From positions 1-32,271 of the forward strand of contig JAIRTS010000148.1 of the NCBI GenBank assembly GCA_031254795.1: a stretch of DNA of 32,271 nucleotides, read 5' to 3'. Below, piece after piece: positions 7,831 through 15,272 of this stretch (position 1 is the stretch's first letter; every line of letters starts with the position of its first letter). The notes under the pieces are model-generated. The model did not search any database. It was not told the origin of the DNA and saw only the letters and a program-made list of their open reading frames with translations. This DNA is from Treponema sp. GTDB lineage: Bacteria > Spirochaetota > Spirochaetia > Treponematales > Breznakiellaceae. The translations under genes and the position numbers were made by a program.

Positions 7831-8590
7831 GGCGGATCAACTCCTCTGAAAGCATCTTGTACGCCTTTGCGCCTATGCATTGAGGATCGTATTGAGAGAT
7901 TGGCAGACCATGAGACGGCGCCTCGGAAAGCCTGATGTTGCGCGGAATAATGGCGTTGAACACCTGTTTCTTGAAATGGGAGCTTACCTGCCGCACCACC
8001 TGCTGGGTCAGCCTGGTGCGGGCGTCATACATGGTGAAGAAGATGCCTCCTATGTCGAGCCGCGGGTTCAGTTTCTGGATGCGTTTGATGGTTTGCAGGA
8101 GCAAGGAAAGCCCTTCCATGGCAAAATATTCGCATTGCATCGGGATAAGCACCTTGTCCGCCGCGACAAGTCCGTTAATGGTAAGCACGCCTAACGAAGG
8201 AGGACAGTCAATAAGAATAAAATCGTAGACTGATTTGACCGGTTCAATCGCTTTCGCCAGAAAAAAATCCCTCTCTTGCTGCTCTATCAGTTCCACCGCC
8301 GCGCCAGACAGATCTATGCTTGCGGGAATGGCGAAGAGACCCGGAACAGAGGTTTCTTTTATCACTTCGTTAATATCGGCGACGCCGGATATAAGCTCGT
8401 AAACGCCGGGTTTTACGCCAGAAAGCCCTACGCCGCTTGAAAGATTTGCCTGAGAATCGAAATCAATGAGCAATGTCTTTTTATCCGCCTCAGCGAGAAA
8501 GGCGCCTATGTTTATAGCGGAAGTGGTCTTCCCTACGCCGCCTTTCTGGTTAACAAATACGTATGTATTCCCCATATTTTTACTATACAC
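7823..8590 (-). CDS. parA: Chromosome partitioning ATPase ParA/Soj
   Basis: Deviant Walker A NQKGGVGKTT and a ParA-like body. The GTG start at 8590 is preceded by AAGGA; an alternative ATG lies at 8575. Confidence 0.93.
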   Translation of the reverse strand: MYSKNMGNTYVFVNQKGGVGKTTSAINIGAFLAEADKKTLLIDFDSQANLSSGVGLSGVKPGVYELISGVADINEVIKETSVPGLFAIPASIDLSGAAVELIEQQERDFFLAKAIEPVKSVYDFILIDCPPSLGVLTINGLVAADKVLIPMQCEYFAMEGLSLLLQTIKRIQKLNPRLDIGGIFFTMYDARTRLTQQVVRQVSSHFKKQVFNAIIPRNIRLSEAPSHGLPISQYDPQCIGAKAYKMLSEELIRRG

Positions 8591-8662
8591 TATTATCCTT
8601 TTTTTTGCTATGGGCTAAAATTCAGTATTGAAAATAAACGCAAATATGGGTATTCTTACCGT

Positions 8663-9469
8663 ATGATACGAATGATTGCTCTTGATTTGGATGATACGCT
8701 CTTGCGTTCAGACCTTACCATCTCGTACCGTACGAAGAAGGCGGTGCAAAAAGCTATTGCGGAAGGGGTCTCTATTGTTCTTGCATCCGGCAGAACGCCT
8801 GCGGCAATGGAAAAGTTTGTTAAAACGCTGGGTATGAACAAGCGGAACGGGTATCTGATTTGCAGCAACGGCTCTCTTATTATGGAAAGCGGTACGAACA
8901 GCGTAGTGTATGAGGCGAAATTGCCGGTGGAAACGGCGCTCACAGCCTATGATCTTTGTTCGGCTGAGGGTTTCGCGGTTCAAGTATATGAGAACGACGT
9001 TATGTATGTGTCGAAGGCTAACGAATTCACCATGTACGACCAGAAGCTTACCGGACTGAAACAGGTTGTCGCCGAAGATTTCAGGGGGCTTGTGGCAAAA
9101 GGTTGCTATAAGCTCCTTATTCCCGGGGATCCCATGATTTTACAACCGCTTGAAAGCATATTGAACACATATTTAGATGAAAGCGCGACGCTTTTTACCA
9201 GCAAACCGTACTTTCTTGAGATTCTTCCACCCAGGACCAACAAGGGAACCGCGCTTGAGATTGTCTCAAAAAAACTCGGCGTTCCGCGTGAGGAAACCGC
9301 CGCTGTGGGCGACTCCATGAATGATGAAGCCATGTTGCGGTGGGCTGGCTTGGGTGTCGCCATGAAAAATGGCGACGAGCGCGTCAAAAAGATCGCCGGC
9401 ATGGTGAGCGATAAAACAAATGATGACGACGGCGCGGCAATCGTCATAGAAAAACTAATAGGAGGTTGA
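8663..9469 (+). CDS. Cof-type HAD-IIB phosphatase
   Basis: 268 aa with HAD motif I IALDLDDTLL, motif II ASGR, and motif IV GDSMNDEAML. Confidence 0.88.
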   Translation: MIRMIALDLDDTLLRSDLTISYRTKKAVQKAIAEGVSIVLASGRTPAAMEKFVKTLGMNKRNGYLICSNGSLIMESGTNSVVYEAKLPVETALTAYDLCSAEGFAVQVYENDVMYVSKANEFTMYDQKLTGLKQVVAEDFRGLVAKGCYKLLIPGDPMILQPLESILNTYLDESATLFTSKPYFLEILPPRTNKGTALEIVSKKLGVPREETAAVGDSMNDEAMLRWAGLGVAMKNGDERVKKIAGMVSDKTNDDDGAAIVIEKLIGG

Positions 9470-9470
9470 A

Positions 9471-10448
9471 ATGATCGACGCGCAGGCGGGAAAAACAGAG
9501 AAAAATTTGAGCGACGTTAGTTTGGAAGGCATACCTATAAGCACGGTGGATTCTCCATCGGCGGTGTTGGAACTGATTTATCAATTAAAAATAAAAGATG
9601 TGATGAAAACTGCGGTCGTCACGGCGAGTAGAACGGACTCCATGCGGCATATCCAGGCGTTGATGAAGGAAAATTACATTACCGGCGTGCCTATTGTCGA
9701 TGAGCGCCAGAATCTGGTGGGGCTTGTATCTATTGACGATGTAGTAATCGCCCTCGACGAGGGATACATAAATTGCCGCGCCGACGAACGCATGACCAAA
9801 AACGTTATCGTACTCGAAGATGACATGCCGCTTTCTTTCGCCATTTCCTATCTCAACAAGTACCGGTACGGACGTTATCCGGTTGTGAACAAGAAGAACG
9901 AATTGGTCGGCGTCCTCACTTCAAAAGATGTTGTGGGAACCCTCCTTGCGGAAATGAACCGTGAGGTGTTGCGCCTTGAGAAAATCAATCAGGAAAAGGG
10001 GAATTGCGTGTCGGCTTCCGCTGATATGGAGTTTGCCACCGTACAGTACGATTTTGAGCTTGCGGGCAGGGCGTCCACGGAAATTAAGAAGGCGCTTAAA
10101 ATGCGGAATATTGATCCCAAGATTATCCGCCGCGTGGCTATCGCGAGTTATGAGCTTGAGATCAATCAAGTGGTGCATTCAGTGGGCGGGGTTATGCGCT
10201 GTTCCATTCAGCCGGACAAGGTGATAGTGATCGCCTCGGACAAGGGTCCCGGCATTGCGGATCTCAACCTCGCTTTGCAGGAGGGGTGGTCGACCGCCAA
10301 CGAATGGATTCGCTCGCTCGGCTTCGGCGCGGGTATGGGTTTGGCGAACACCAAGCGGGTGTCGGACGAATTTTCCATTGATTCCGCGCAAGGCAAGGGA
10401 ACGAGGGTACGCTCGGTGGTGTATATCAATTCGCCAAAGGAAGCGTGA
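9471..10448 (+). CDS. Signalling protein with a CBS-domain pair fused to a GHKL (SpoIIAB/RsbW-like) ATPase or Ser-kinase domain.
   Basis: 325 aa. Two CBS repeats (VMKTAVVTAS...GVPIVDERQNLVGLVSIDDV and MTKNVIVLED...YPVVNKKNELVGVLTSKDV) are followed by the HATPase-like segment DKGPGIAD...GFGAGMGLANTKR. The start is 1 nt after the HAD gene stop. Confidence 0.8.
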   Translation: MIDAQAGKTEKNLSDVSLEGIPISTVDSPSAVLELIYQLKIKDVMKTAVVTASRTDSMRHIQALMKENYITGVPIVDERQNLVGLVSIDDVVIALDEGYINCRADERMTKNVIVLEDDMPLSFAISYLNKYRYGRYPVVNKKNELVGVLTSKDVVGTLLAEMNREVLRLEKINQEKGNCVSASADMEFATVQYDFELAGRASTEIKKALKMRNIDPKIIRRVAIASYELEINQVVHSVGGVMRCSIQPDKVIVIASDKGPGIADLNLALQEGWSTANEWIRSLGFGAGMGLANTKRVSDEFSIDSAQGKGTRVRSVVYINSPKEA

Positions 10449-10510
10449 CACGAACCACGCGAACAAAGGCGTTTCGTGGACTGCGGCCTCCGATTATGAA
10501 AGGAAAAAAT

Positions 10511-10852
10511 ATGACAATAAGGGAAATTGCGGAAGCGCTGGGCGCGGAGATCGCGCAGAGCGAATTTGAAGACGCGGAGCTTACCGGCGCTTACACATCG
10601 GATTTGTTGTCCGATGTGATGGCAAACGCTCATGACGGCGGGGCTCTCATTACCATACAGGCGCACAAAAACACGGTGGCGGTTGCGAGCTTGGTGGATA
10701 TTTCGGTGATTGTGGTGTGCAATTCCCGGCCTCTGCCGATAGACATGTTGGAAGCCGCAAAAGCTCAAGGCATTGCGGTCATCAGAACACGGGAAAACCA
10801 GTTCACTGTGTCTGGAAAGCTGTACAAGGCTTTGAATGCCGAGCGCATGTGA
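10511..10852 (+). CDS. DRTGG-domain protein
   Basis: Core motif YTSDLLSDVMANAHDGGALITIQAHKNTVAVASL. I prefer the ATG at 10511 (GAAAGGA RBS) over the tracked GTG at 10445, which would add an R/T-rich 22-aa extension. Confidence 0.78.
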   Translation: MTIREIAEALGAEIAQSEFEDAELTGAYTSDLLSDVMANAHDGGALITIQAHKNTVAVASLVDISVIVVCNSRPLPIDMLEAAKAQGIAVIRTRENQFTVSGKLYKALNAERM

Positions 10853-10909
10853 CACGAAAAAATGGCCGACGCGATCCCCGCATACGCCCGCGCCCCGTTT
10901 TTGGCATTC

Positions 10910-11938
10910 TTATTCTTCTGAAATATTCAAATCCACGAGCAAAGATATTTTGTACGTCTTTCCCTTCTGTATAATAATGGGACGGATTATCAAATAATCA
11001 TTCAACTGAATTTTAATTTCGTGCTTGCCCGGCTCCGCCGCAAGCGGTTTGGCGGCGTTTACCGGCTCGTTGTCAAAATAGATGATCGTCCTTTCGGGCG
11101 CTTCAAAAAAGATAAGCGGGGTTGGATCTTGCAAGTCAATCGTAAGCTCCAAAATTTTAGTTCGTTCTATAAAGAATTTACGGGTTTCGTTGCGAAAATC
11201 ATCGGAGAGTATGGTGAGATGATGCTCGCCTTCCTTTAAAAAGTGCAACGTGTTGACATTTTCTATGAGCGTGTCGTCAATCAGAAGGATAAAAGGTTTG
11301 CCTTGTAGTTGTTCGGGATAGCGGAAAGCCAAAGAGAGCGCCCCCTCGGCGCTCAAAATCGGTTTCACGGTGAGGGTGAATGTCATTTTTTCTATCTCTT
11401 CGCTTATCCCCTTTATGATGGGCATGATCCTGACAAGGAGGGGAAACGAAGAGGGCTGGACAATGCGGTTTGAAACCGTTGCATACGGACTGGCGCGCAA
11501 ACCGTGGTCGCTTCGAATGGGAAGTTGATAAACAGTTTGTATCCTGTTCGGCAATGGTTCAAACAGAACCGCGTTGGCTTCTATATCCGTAACGCCTGCA
11601 AGCGGAACCGCTCCCATATCCATATAAATCGCCACGGCAAGGCTGCCGCGGTAGGCGAAATAAGTTTGCGGCGCCGTAATGGTAATTTCTACGCCTCTAA
11701 GAAAACGGGTGTCATTGGCGATTGAAACGACCGCCGAGCTTATATACGAGAGGGAGATTGAGGAACCAGCGGGATTATTTGCCGAAGCTGTCAAAGAACC
11801 GTCAATAAGGACGCGCGCGCTTTCCTTTGATTCCGCCTTCGGCGTTTCCAGCGCCCAGATGAGAAAAAAGCAACCCATCATGAGCGGTTTCCAAAATGGC
11901 TTCCAAAAGAGTCCAATGGTTTTCATGAGTTTTTCCAC
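10910..11938 (-). CDS. Secreted hypothetical protein with a C-terminal PEGA-like beta domain.
   Basis: 342 aa with a hydrophobic N-terminal signal (LMMGCFFLIWALETPKA). The C-terminal PGKHEIKIQLNDYLIIRPIIIQKGKTYKISL resembles a PEGA domain. It lies 7 nt downstream of the M23 gene. Confidence 0.7.
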   Translation of the reverse strand: MEKLMKTIGLFWKPFWKPLMMGCFFLIWALETPKAESKESARVLIDGSLTASANNPAGSSISLSYISSAVVSIANDTRFLRGVEITITAPQTYFAYRGSLAVAIYMDMGAVPLAGVTDIEANAVLFEPLPNRIQTVYQLPIRSDHGLRASPYATVSNRIVQPSSFPLLVRIMPIIKGISEEIEKMTFTLTVKPILSAEGALSLAFRYPEQLQGKPFILLIDDTLIENVNTLHFLKEGEHHLTILSDDFRNETRKFFIERTKILELTIDLQDPTPLIFFEAPERTIIYFDNEPVNAAKPLAAEPGKHEIKIQLNDYLIIRPIIIQKGKTYKISLLVDLNISEE

Positions 11939-11945
11939 TATTTCC

Positions 11946-12986
11946 CTAATTACTCTTAAACAGATATTTTCCTGGATCCTGAGCCTTGCCGTTCTGCCTC
12001 AACTCAAAATGCAGGTGGGGGCCTGTTGATTGCCCCGTCGACCCTACCCTTCCGATAAGATCGCCTGCTTGTACGGAGGCTTGCAACCTGACTTCTATTT
12101 TTGAGAGGTGTCCATAAAGACTCGCCCATGCGCCCTCATGTTTAATGACGATGTAGTTGCCGTATATGGCGTCACTCCCAATGTCGGTGACAACGCCTGC
12201 CTGAGCCGCATAGACCTCGGAGCCTAGGGGCGCGGCAAGGTCTAATCCATCATGGTTTTTTACGGCGCCCGTCACCGGATTCCTTCTCACGCCGAACGAA
12301 CTGGTCAGCGTAAAATAACGCAATGGATACTGGAACGACTTGCCTCTTTTTCCAAAGGTGAGGAAAAAAGCCGCTTCCGTTACGTTGAAATTCGCGCCTG
12401 GAATGAACAGGAACCGCTCTTTCTTGCCATTGCCGTTGATTGTGATGACGGCGCCCGTTTTCCTTTGCGCTTCGGTAAGGCGGCTTGCCGCCATAAGTTT
12501 TTCAAGATCATTAGCGTTTTTCCCGGTAATGTCAAGTGGCACAAAGAGTCCGGGGATTGATGGAAGCAAAATGACCCCGCCCGAAAAGGCGCCACCCGTG
12601 AGGACATCTGGATGCGCCATGTGGTTCAATGTCGCTATGCTTTGGGCGCCCACCAAGCAACGCGCCTGTACGCTGTAAAAGTCGTCGCCACCCTGCGGCT
12701 TATAGGCATATATAGTAAGTATCCGCGCCACAGCTTCCGGTTCCACAACGCGCTCTTTATTGTAGACGAGTTGTCTGCCGATTTCAACGTTCTTGACGTA
12801 CTGATCAAACGTTATATCACGCCGCGGATCAAGCCGTTCAATAAGCGGGTAATCCCCAAAAGCGGCGGCGCCGAGAAAAAACAACCACGACACGCAAAGC
12901 GCGACACGCAGATATTGCGGACGCCTGCTTTGCTCAGCAAAGCAGGCGAAGGGTTTGCGCATAGGGCGATCCCTTGCAATCACCAT
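11946..12986 (-). CDS. M23-family (LytM-type) metallopeptidase
   Basis: HDGLDLAAPLGSEVYA...YGNYIVIKH...GHL...GSTGQSTGPHLHFEL, which covers the HxxxD and HxH zinc motifs. There is an N-terminal membrane anchor. Confidence 0.92.
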   Translation of the reverse strand: MVIARDRPMRKPFACFAEQSRRPQYLRVALCVSWLFFLGAAAFGDYPLIERLDPRRDITFDQYVKNVEIGRQLVYNKERVVEPEAVARILTIYAYKPQGGDDFYSVQARCLVGAQSIATLNHMAHPDVLTGGAFSGGVILLPSIPGLFVPLDITGKNANDLEKLMAASRLTEAQRKTGAVITINGNGKKERFLFIPGANFNVTEAAFFLTFGKRGKSFQYPLRYFTLTSSFGVRRNPVTGAVKNHDGLDLAAPLGSEVYAAQAGVVTDIGSDAIYGNYIVIKHEGAWASLYGHLSKIEVRLQASVQAGDLIGRVGSTGQSTGPHLHFELRQNGKAQDPGKYLFKSN

Positions 12987-12995
12987 TCACCGGAA

Positions 12996-13166
12996 TTAGC
13001 CTGGGGAAATAATTCCAGATGGACACTCGCCAGCGCACGCTCCGCAATCCAGACATGCATTAACGTCAATAACACGGACATCCTCTTTTTCGGAAATCGC
13101 GCCGGCTGGGCACGCGCTCTCACACGCCGCGCAATTTACGCAGCCATCGCCGATTACATAAGCCAT
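12996..13166 (-). CDS. 2x[4Fe-4S] clostridial-type ferredoxin
   Basis: MAYVIGDGCVNCAACESACP...CLDCGACAGECP. The ATG at 13166 is preceded by AAGGAG; the tracked start at 13187 adds 7 aa with no RBS. Confidence 0.9.
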   Translation of the reverse strand: MAYVIGDGCVNCAACESACPAGAISEKEDVRVIDVNACLDCGACAGECPSGIISPG

Positions 13167-13209
13167 GATAATCTCCTTATTTATCAAAAATTGAGTGGCG
13201 TCGTCGCTA

Positions 13210-13235
13210 TTAGTCGGTGGACTAAAATGGACTAA
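13210..13235. promoter_or_regulatory. Operator-like array TTAGTC-N4-GACTAA-N4-GACTAA upstream of the ferredoxin operon.
   Basis: TTAGTC (13210-13215), GACTAA (13220-13225) and GACTAA (13230-13235) are spaced exactly 10 bp apart, 44-70 nt upstream of the ferredoxin ATG. The array overlaps a weak candidate promoter on the minus strand (TTAGTC-N17-TAATAG). Confidence 0.3.
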
Positions 13236-13478
13236 CAGGCAACAAGCGTCACCTTCTTTACTTTACCACAACTCGGTTTTGTTTGCAAGCGCTGATTGTC
13301 GCCATTAAACGGGGAAGGAAAAAATCTATGCGCAATGGGGGAAGCGATCCATGTAAAGAGGCGCGGCCATTATACAGACAAAGCAAGCGAACTCGCGAAA
13401 TGAATGTAAAATAGAGTTTGACTATTTTTGCAATTTAGTATAAAGAGGTATATATAGAAAAACAATAGGAGGGTAGTT

Positions 13479-14053
13479 ATGGCGGAAATAACGATGGAGC
13501 CGCAAATGGGGCTGGATTTTGAGCAGGTATGGGCCGCGCTGATGGAATTGCGAGAGTCCGGCAAGGAGACTGACCGGCAGATGAAGGAAAGCCACGCGGA
13601 GACGGACAAAGAGATCAAGGCACTGTCAAAGAACATCGGGGGGCTGAACAACTCGCTCGGCAAGCTGATCGATGAGATGTTCTCCGCCCGGCTTTGGGAC
13701 AAGTTCGACTCGCTCGGCTACGAGTTCACCAAGGGCGGCAACGCCAAGTTTATAGAGAACAAGCGGATCATAGCGGAGACGGATGTATTCCTTGAGAATG
13801 GGGAGTACGCGATGCCTGTGGAAGTGAAGACGCATTTGACGAAGGAGGACGTGGACGAACATACAGAGCGGATAGGGCTAATACGCGGATATATGGACAG
13901 GCGGCGGCTGGCGGAAACTGTGGTCGGGGAACTGTGCCCGATAGCGTGAGGCGATACGCGCAGAAGCTGGGGCTGTATGTGCTGGAGCGGTCAGGAGAAT
14001 CGGTGGATATAGCCGAGGCGCCCGACGGCTTCGAGGCGCGGATATGGCGGTGA
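13479..14053 (+). pseudogene. Frameshifted PD-(D/E)XK nuclease-fold gene with an N-terminal coiled coil, tentatively DUF3782-like.
   Basis: It has a strong RBS (AGGAGGG). The nuclease motif reads ETDVFLENGEYAMPVEVKT (D...ExK). The ORF stops at 13949, but the -1 frame continues as GTVPDSVRRYAQKLGLYVLERSGESVDIAEAPDGFEARIWR to a TGA at 14051-14053. One extra G in the G4 run at 13926-13929 would fuse the two frames. Confidence 0.65.
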
Positions 14054-14156
14054 GGCGGGGTTTGACGTACGCGAAGGCGTATACAAAGGTGACTGATACC
14101 CGCGTAAAAAACGGCAAACGCTTAAAAGTTCGGTCGCTTTCAGAAAGATCTCATAA

Positions 14157-14903
14157 TTAGGCGGAGCTAAAAAATGCTCCCCGCAACTTCCCTGCCTGCC
14201 GGTAGCTGAAAAAAGCGTTGTCCGAAAAAATTATGTGATCGAGAAAGTTGATGCCCAAAATTTCAGCGGAGCATTGCAACCTTTCGGTGATTTCATCATC
14301 TTCCGGTGAAGGGACAAGTTGCCCGGACGGATGGTTATGGGCGCAAATCACGGCGCTGGATCGGTCAAGCAGAGGGTCCGCAAACACTTCACGAGGGTGG
14401 ACGATGGTCTTGTTCACAAGCCCTATGGTAACGATGCGCACCGCAAGCGCCTCGTGCGCTCCGTTCAGAGAAGTGCAGATGAACCGCTCTTGACGCCTGT
14501 CCGCATGGTGCCGTATCAGATTGAAAATATCTTGAGGATGGCGTATTCGCGTTCCAGCGACCCCCCAGCGCCTCCTCCCAAATTCCAGCATGGCAACCAC
14601 GGAGCAAGACTTGCTCGCGCCAAGCCCGGTCATCTCGGCAAGCTCTTCCACACTGGGTATACCCTTTTCCTTATCCAGCCGTTCCAGCAGTTCAGACGCA
14701 AGGACGCTCACGTTCTTTCCCTTTATGCCCGCGTTAAGCAGAATCGCCAGCAATTCCTTGTCCGACAGGGAAGAAGGACCATGTTCCATGAGTTTTTCCC
14801 TTGGACGGCATTCAATCGGAAGCGAGAGCGGTCCTGAAATCTTTCCATTTGAATCGTAGACCGCGCCATTCTGGTCTATATTCATATAATCATAGTCATT
14901 CAC
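14157..14903 (-). CDS. radC: RadC-family JAB/MPN-domain protein
   Basis: 248 aa with the N-terminal HhH-like region RPREKLMEHGPSSLSDKELLAILLNAGIKGKNV and the JAMM motif ICAHNHPSGQLVPSPEDDEIT. Confidence 0.9.
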   Translation of the reverse strand: MNDYDYMNIDQNGAVYDSNGKISGPLSLPIECRPREKLMEHGPSSLSDKELLAILLNAGIKGKNVSVLASELLERLDKEKGIPSVEELAEMTGLGASKSCSVVAMLEFGRRRWGVAGTRIRHPQDIFNLIRHHADRRQERFICTSLNGAHEALAVRIVTIGLVNKTIVHPREVFADPLLDRSSAVICAHNHPSGQLVPSPEDDEITERLQCSAEILGINFLDHIIFSDNAFFSYRQAGKLRGAFFSSA

Positions 14904-14966
14904 ATAATTATAAAAGGAAGTGGCGCGTGGTTTGCTTGATGTTTTCTTTTATGGACACAAGAGGCT

Positions 14967-15019
14967 GTTCCAAAACTAACCCGAACGTAGGTTCGCAAAC
15001 GTAGCTCGCGTTTTGGAAC
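14967..15019. repeat. Nested inverted repeat in the radC/pepF divergent intergenic region.
   Basis: The outer perfect 10-bp arms are GTTCCAAAAC (14967-14976) and GTTTTGGAAC (15010-15019). The inner palindrome is CGAAC-GTAG-GTTCG (14982-14995). AACGTAG also occurs twice as a direct repeat. Confidence 0.85.
14982..14995. promoter_or_regulatory. CGAAC-N4-GTTCG palindrome matching the Cheo/SOS-box core, making it a candidate LexA-type operator.
   Basis: The sequence is CGAACGTAGGTTCG, 79-92 nt upstream of the radC start. The core matches the Gram-positive-type LexA consensus CGAACRNRYGTTYC except at the Y position. Confidence 0.3.
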
Positions 15020-15272
15020 AAGAGTTTGACAATGGGTATAAACCATTGCATGCGCTCATAATATCACCGTTTGTTCGTTGATTCCGCATAGTGTGAACTC
15101 GCCCCGGAAAACCGGTGCTTTTGAGCGCGTTGCAAGTAGATTTTCATTCCACGCAAACTTGAAACTGAGCGTCCGAAAGAAATTTCGGAACCCGGACAAA
15201 AATCTATGCCCATTGTCAGGCATGCGTCGGGCATAATTGCGTTTTTTTTCATACTGTGCTAGACTTCTCCTC

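Noticed and set aside
10445-10510. A GTG start overlapping the CBS-GHKL stop, which would extend the DRTGG protein by 22 aa.
   Set aside because: The extension (TRTTRTKAFRGLRPPIMKGKN) is atypical in composition. The ATG at 10511 has a proper RBS and a typical DRTGG-family N-terminus.
13413-15050. A shared AGAGTTTGAC(A/T)...GTATAAA string upstream of the PD-(D/E)XK gene (~13413-13450) and in the radC/pepF intergenic region (~15021-15042), considered as a repeated promoter or mobile-element end.
   Set aside because: Only about 10 nt are identical. In the second copy the TTGACA-to-TATAAA spacing is 5 nt, which is incompatible with a sigma70 promoter, and no further flanking similarity suggests a repeat element.
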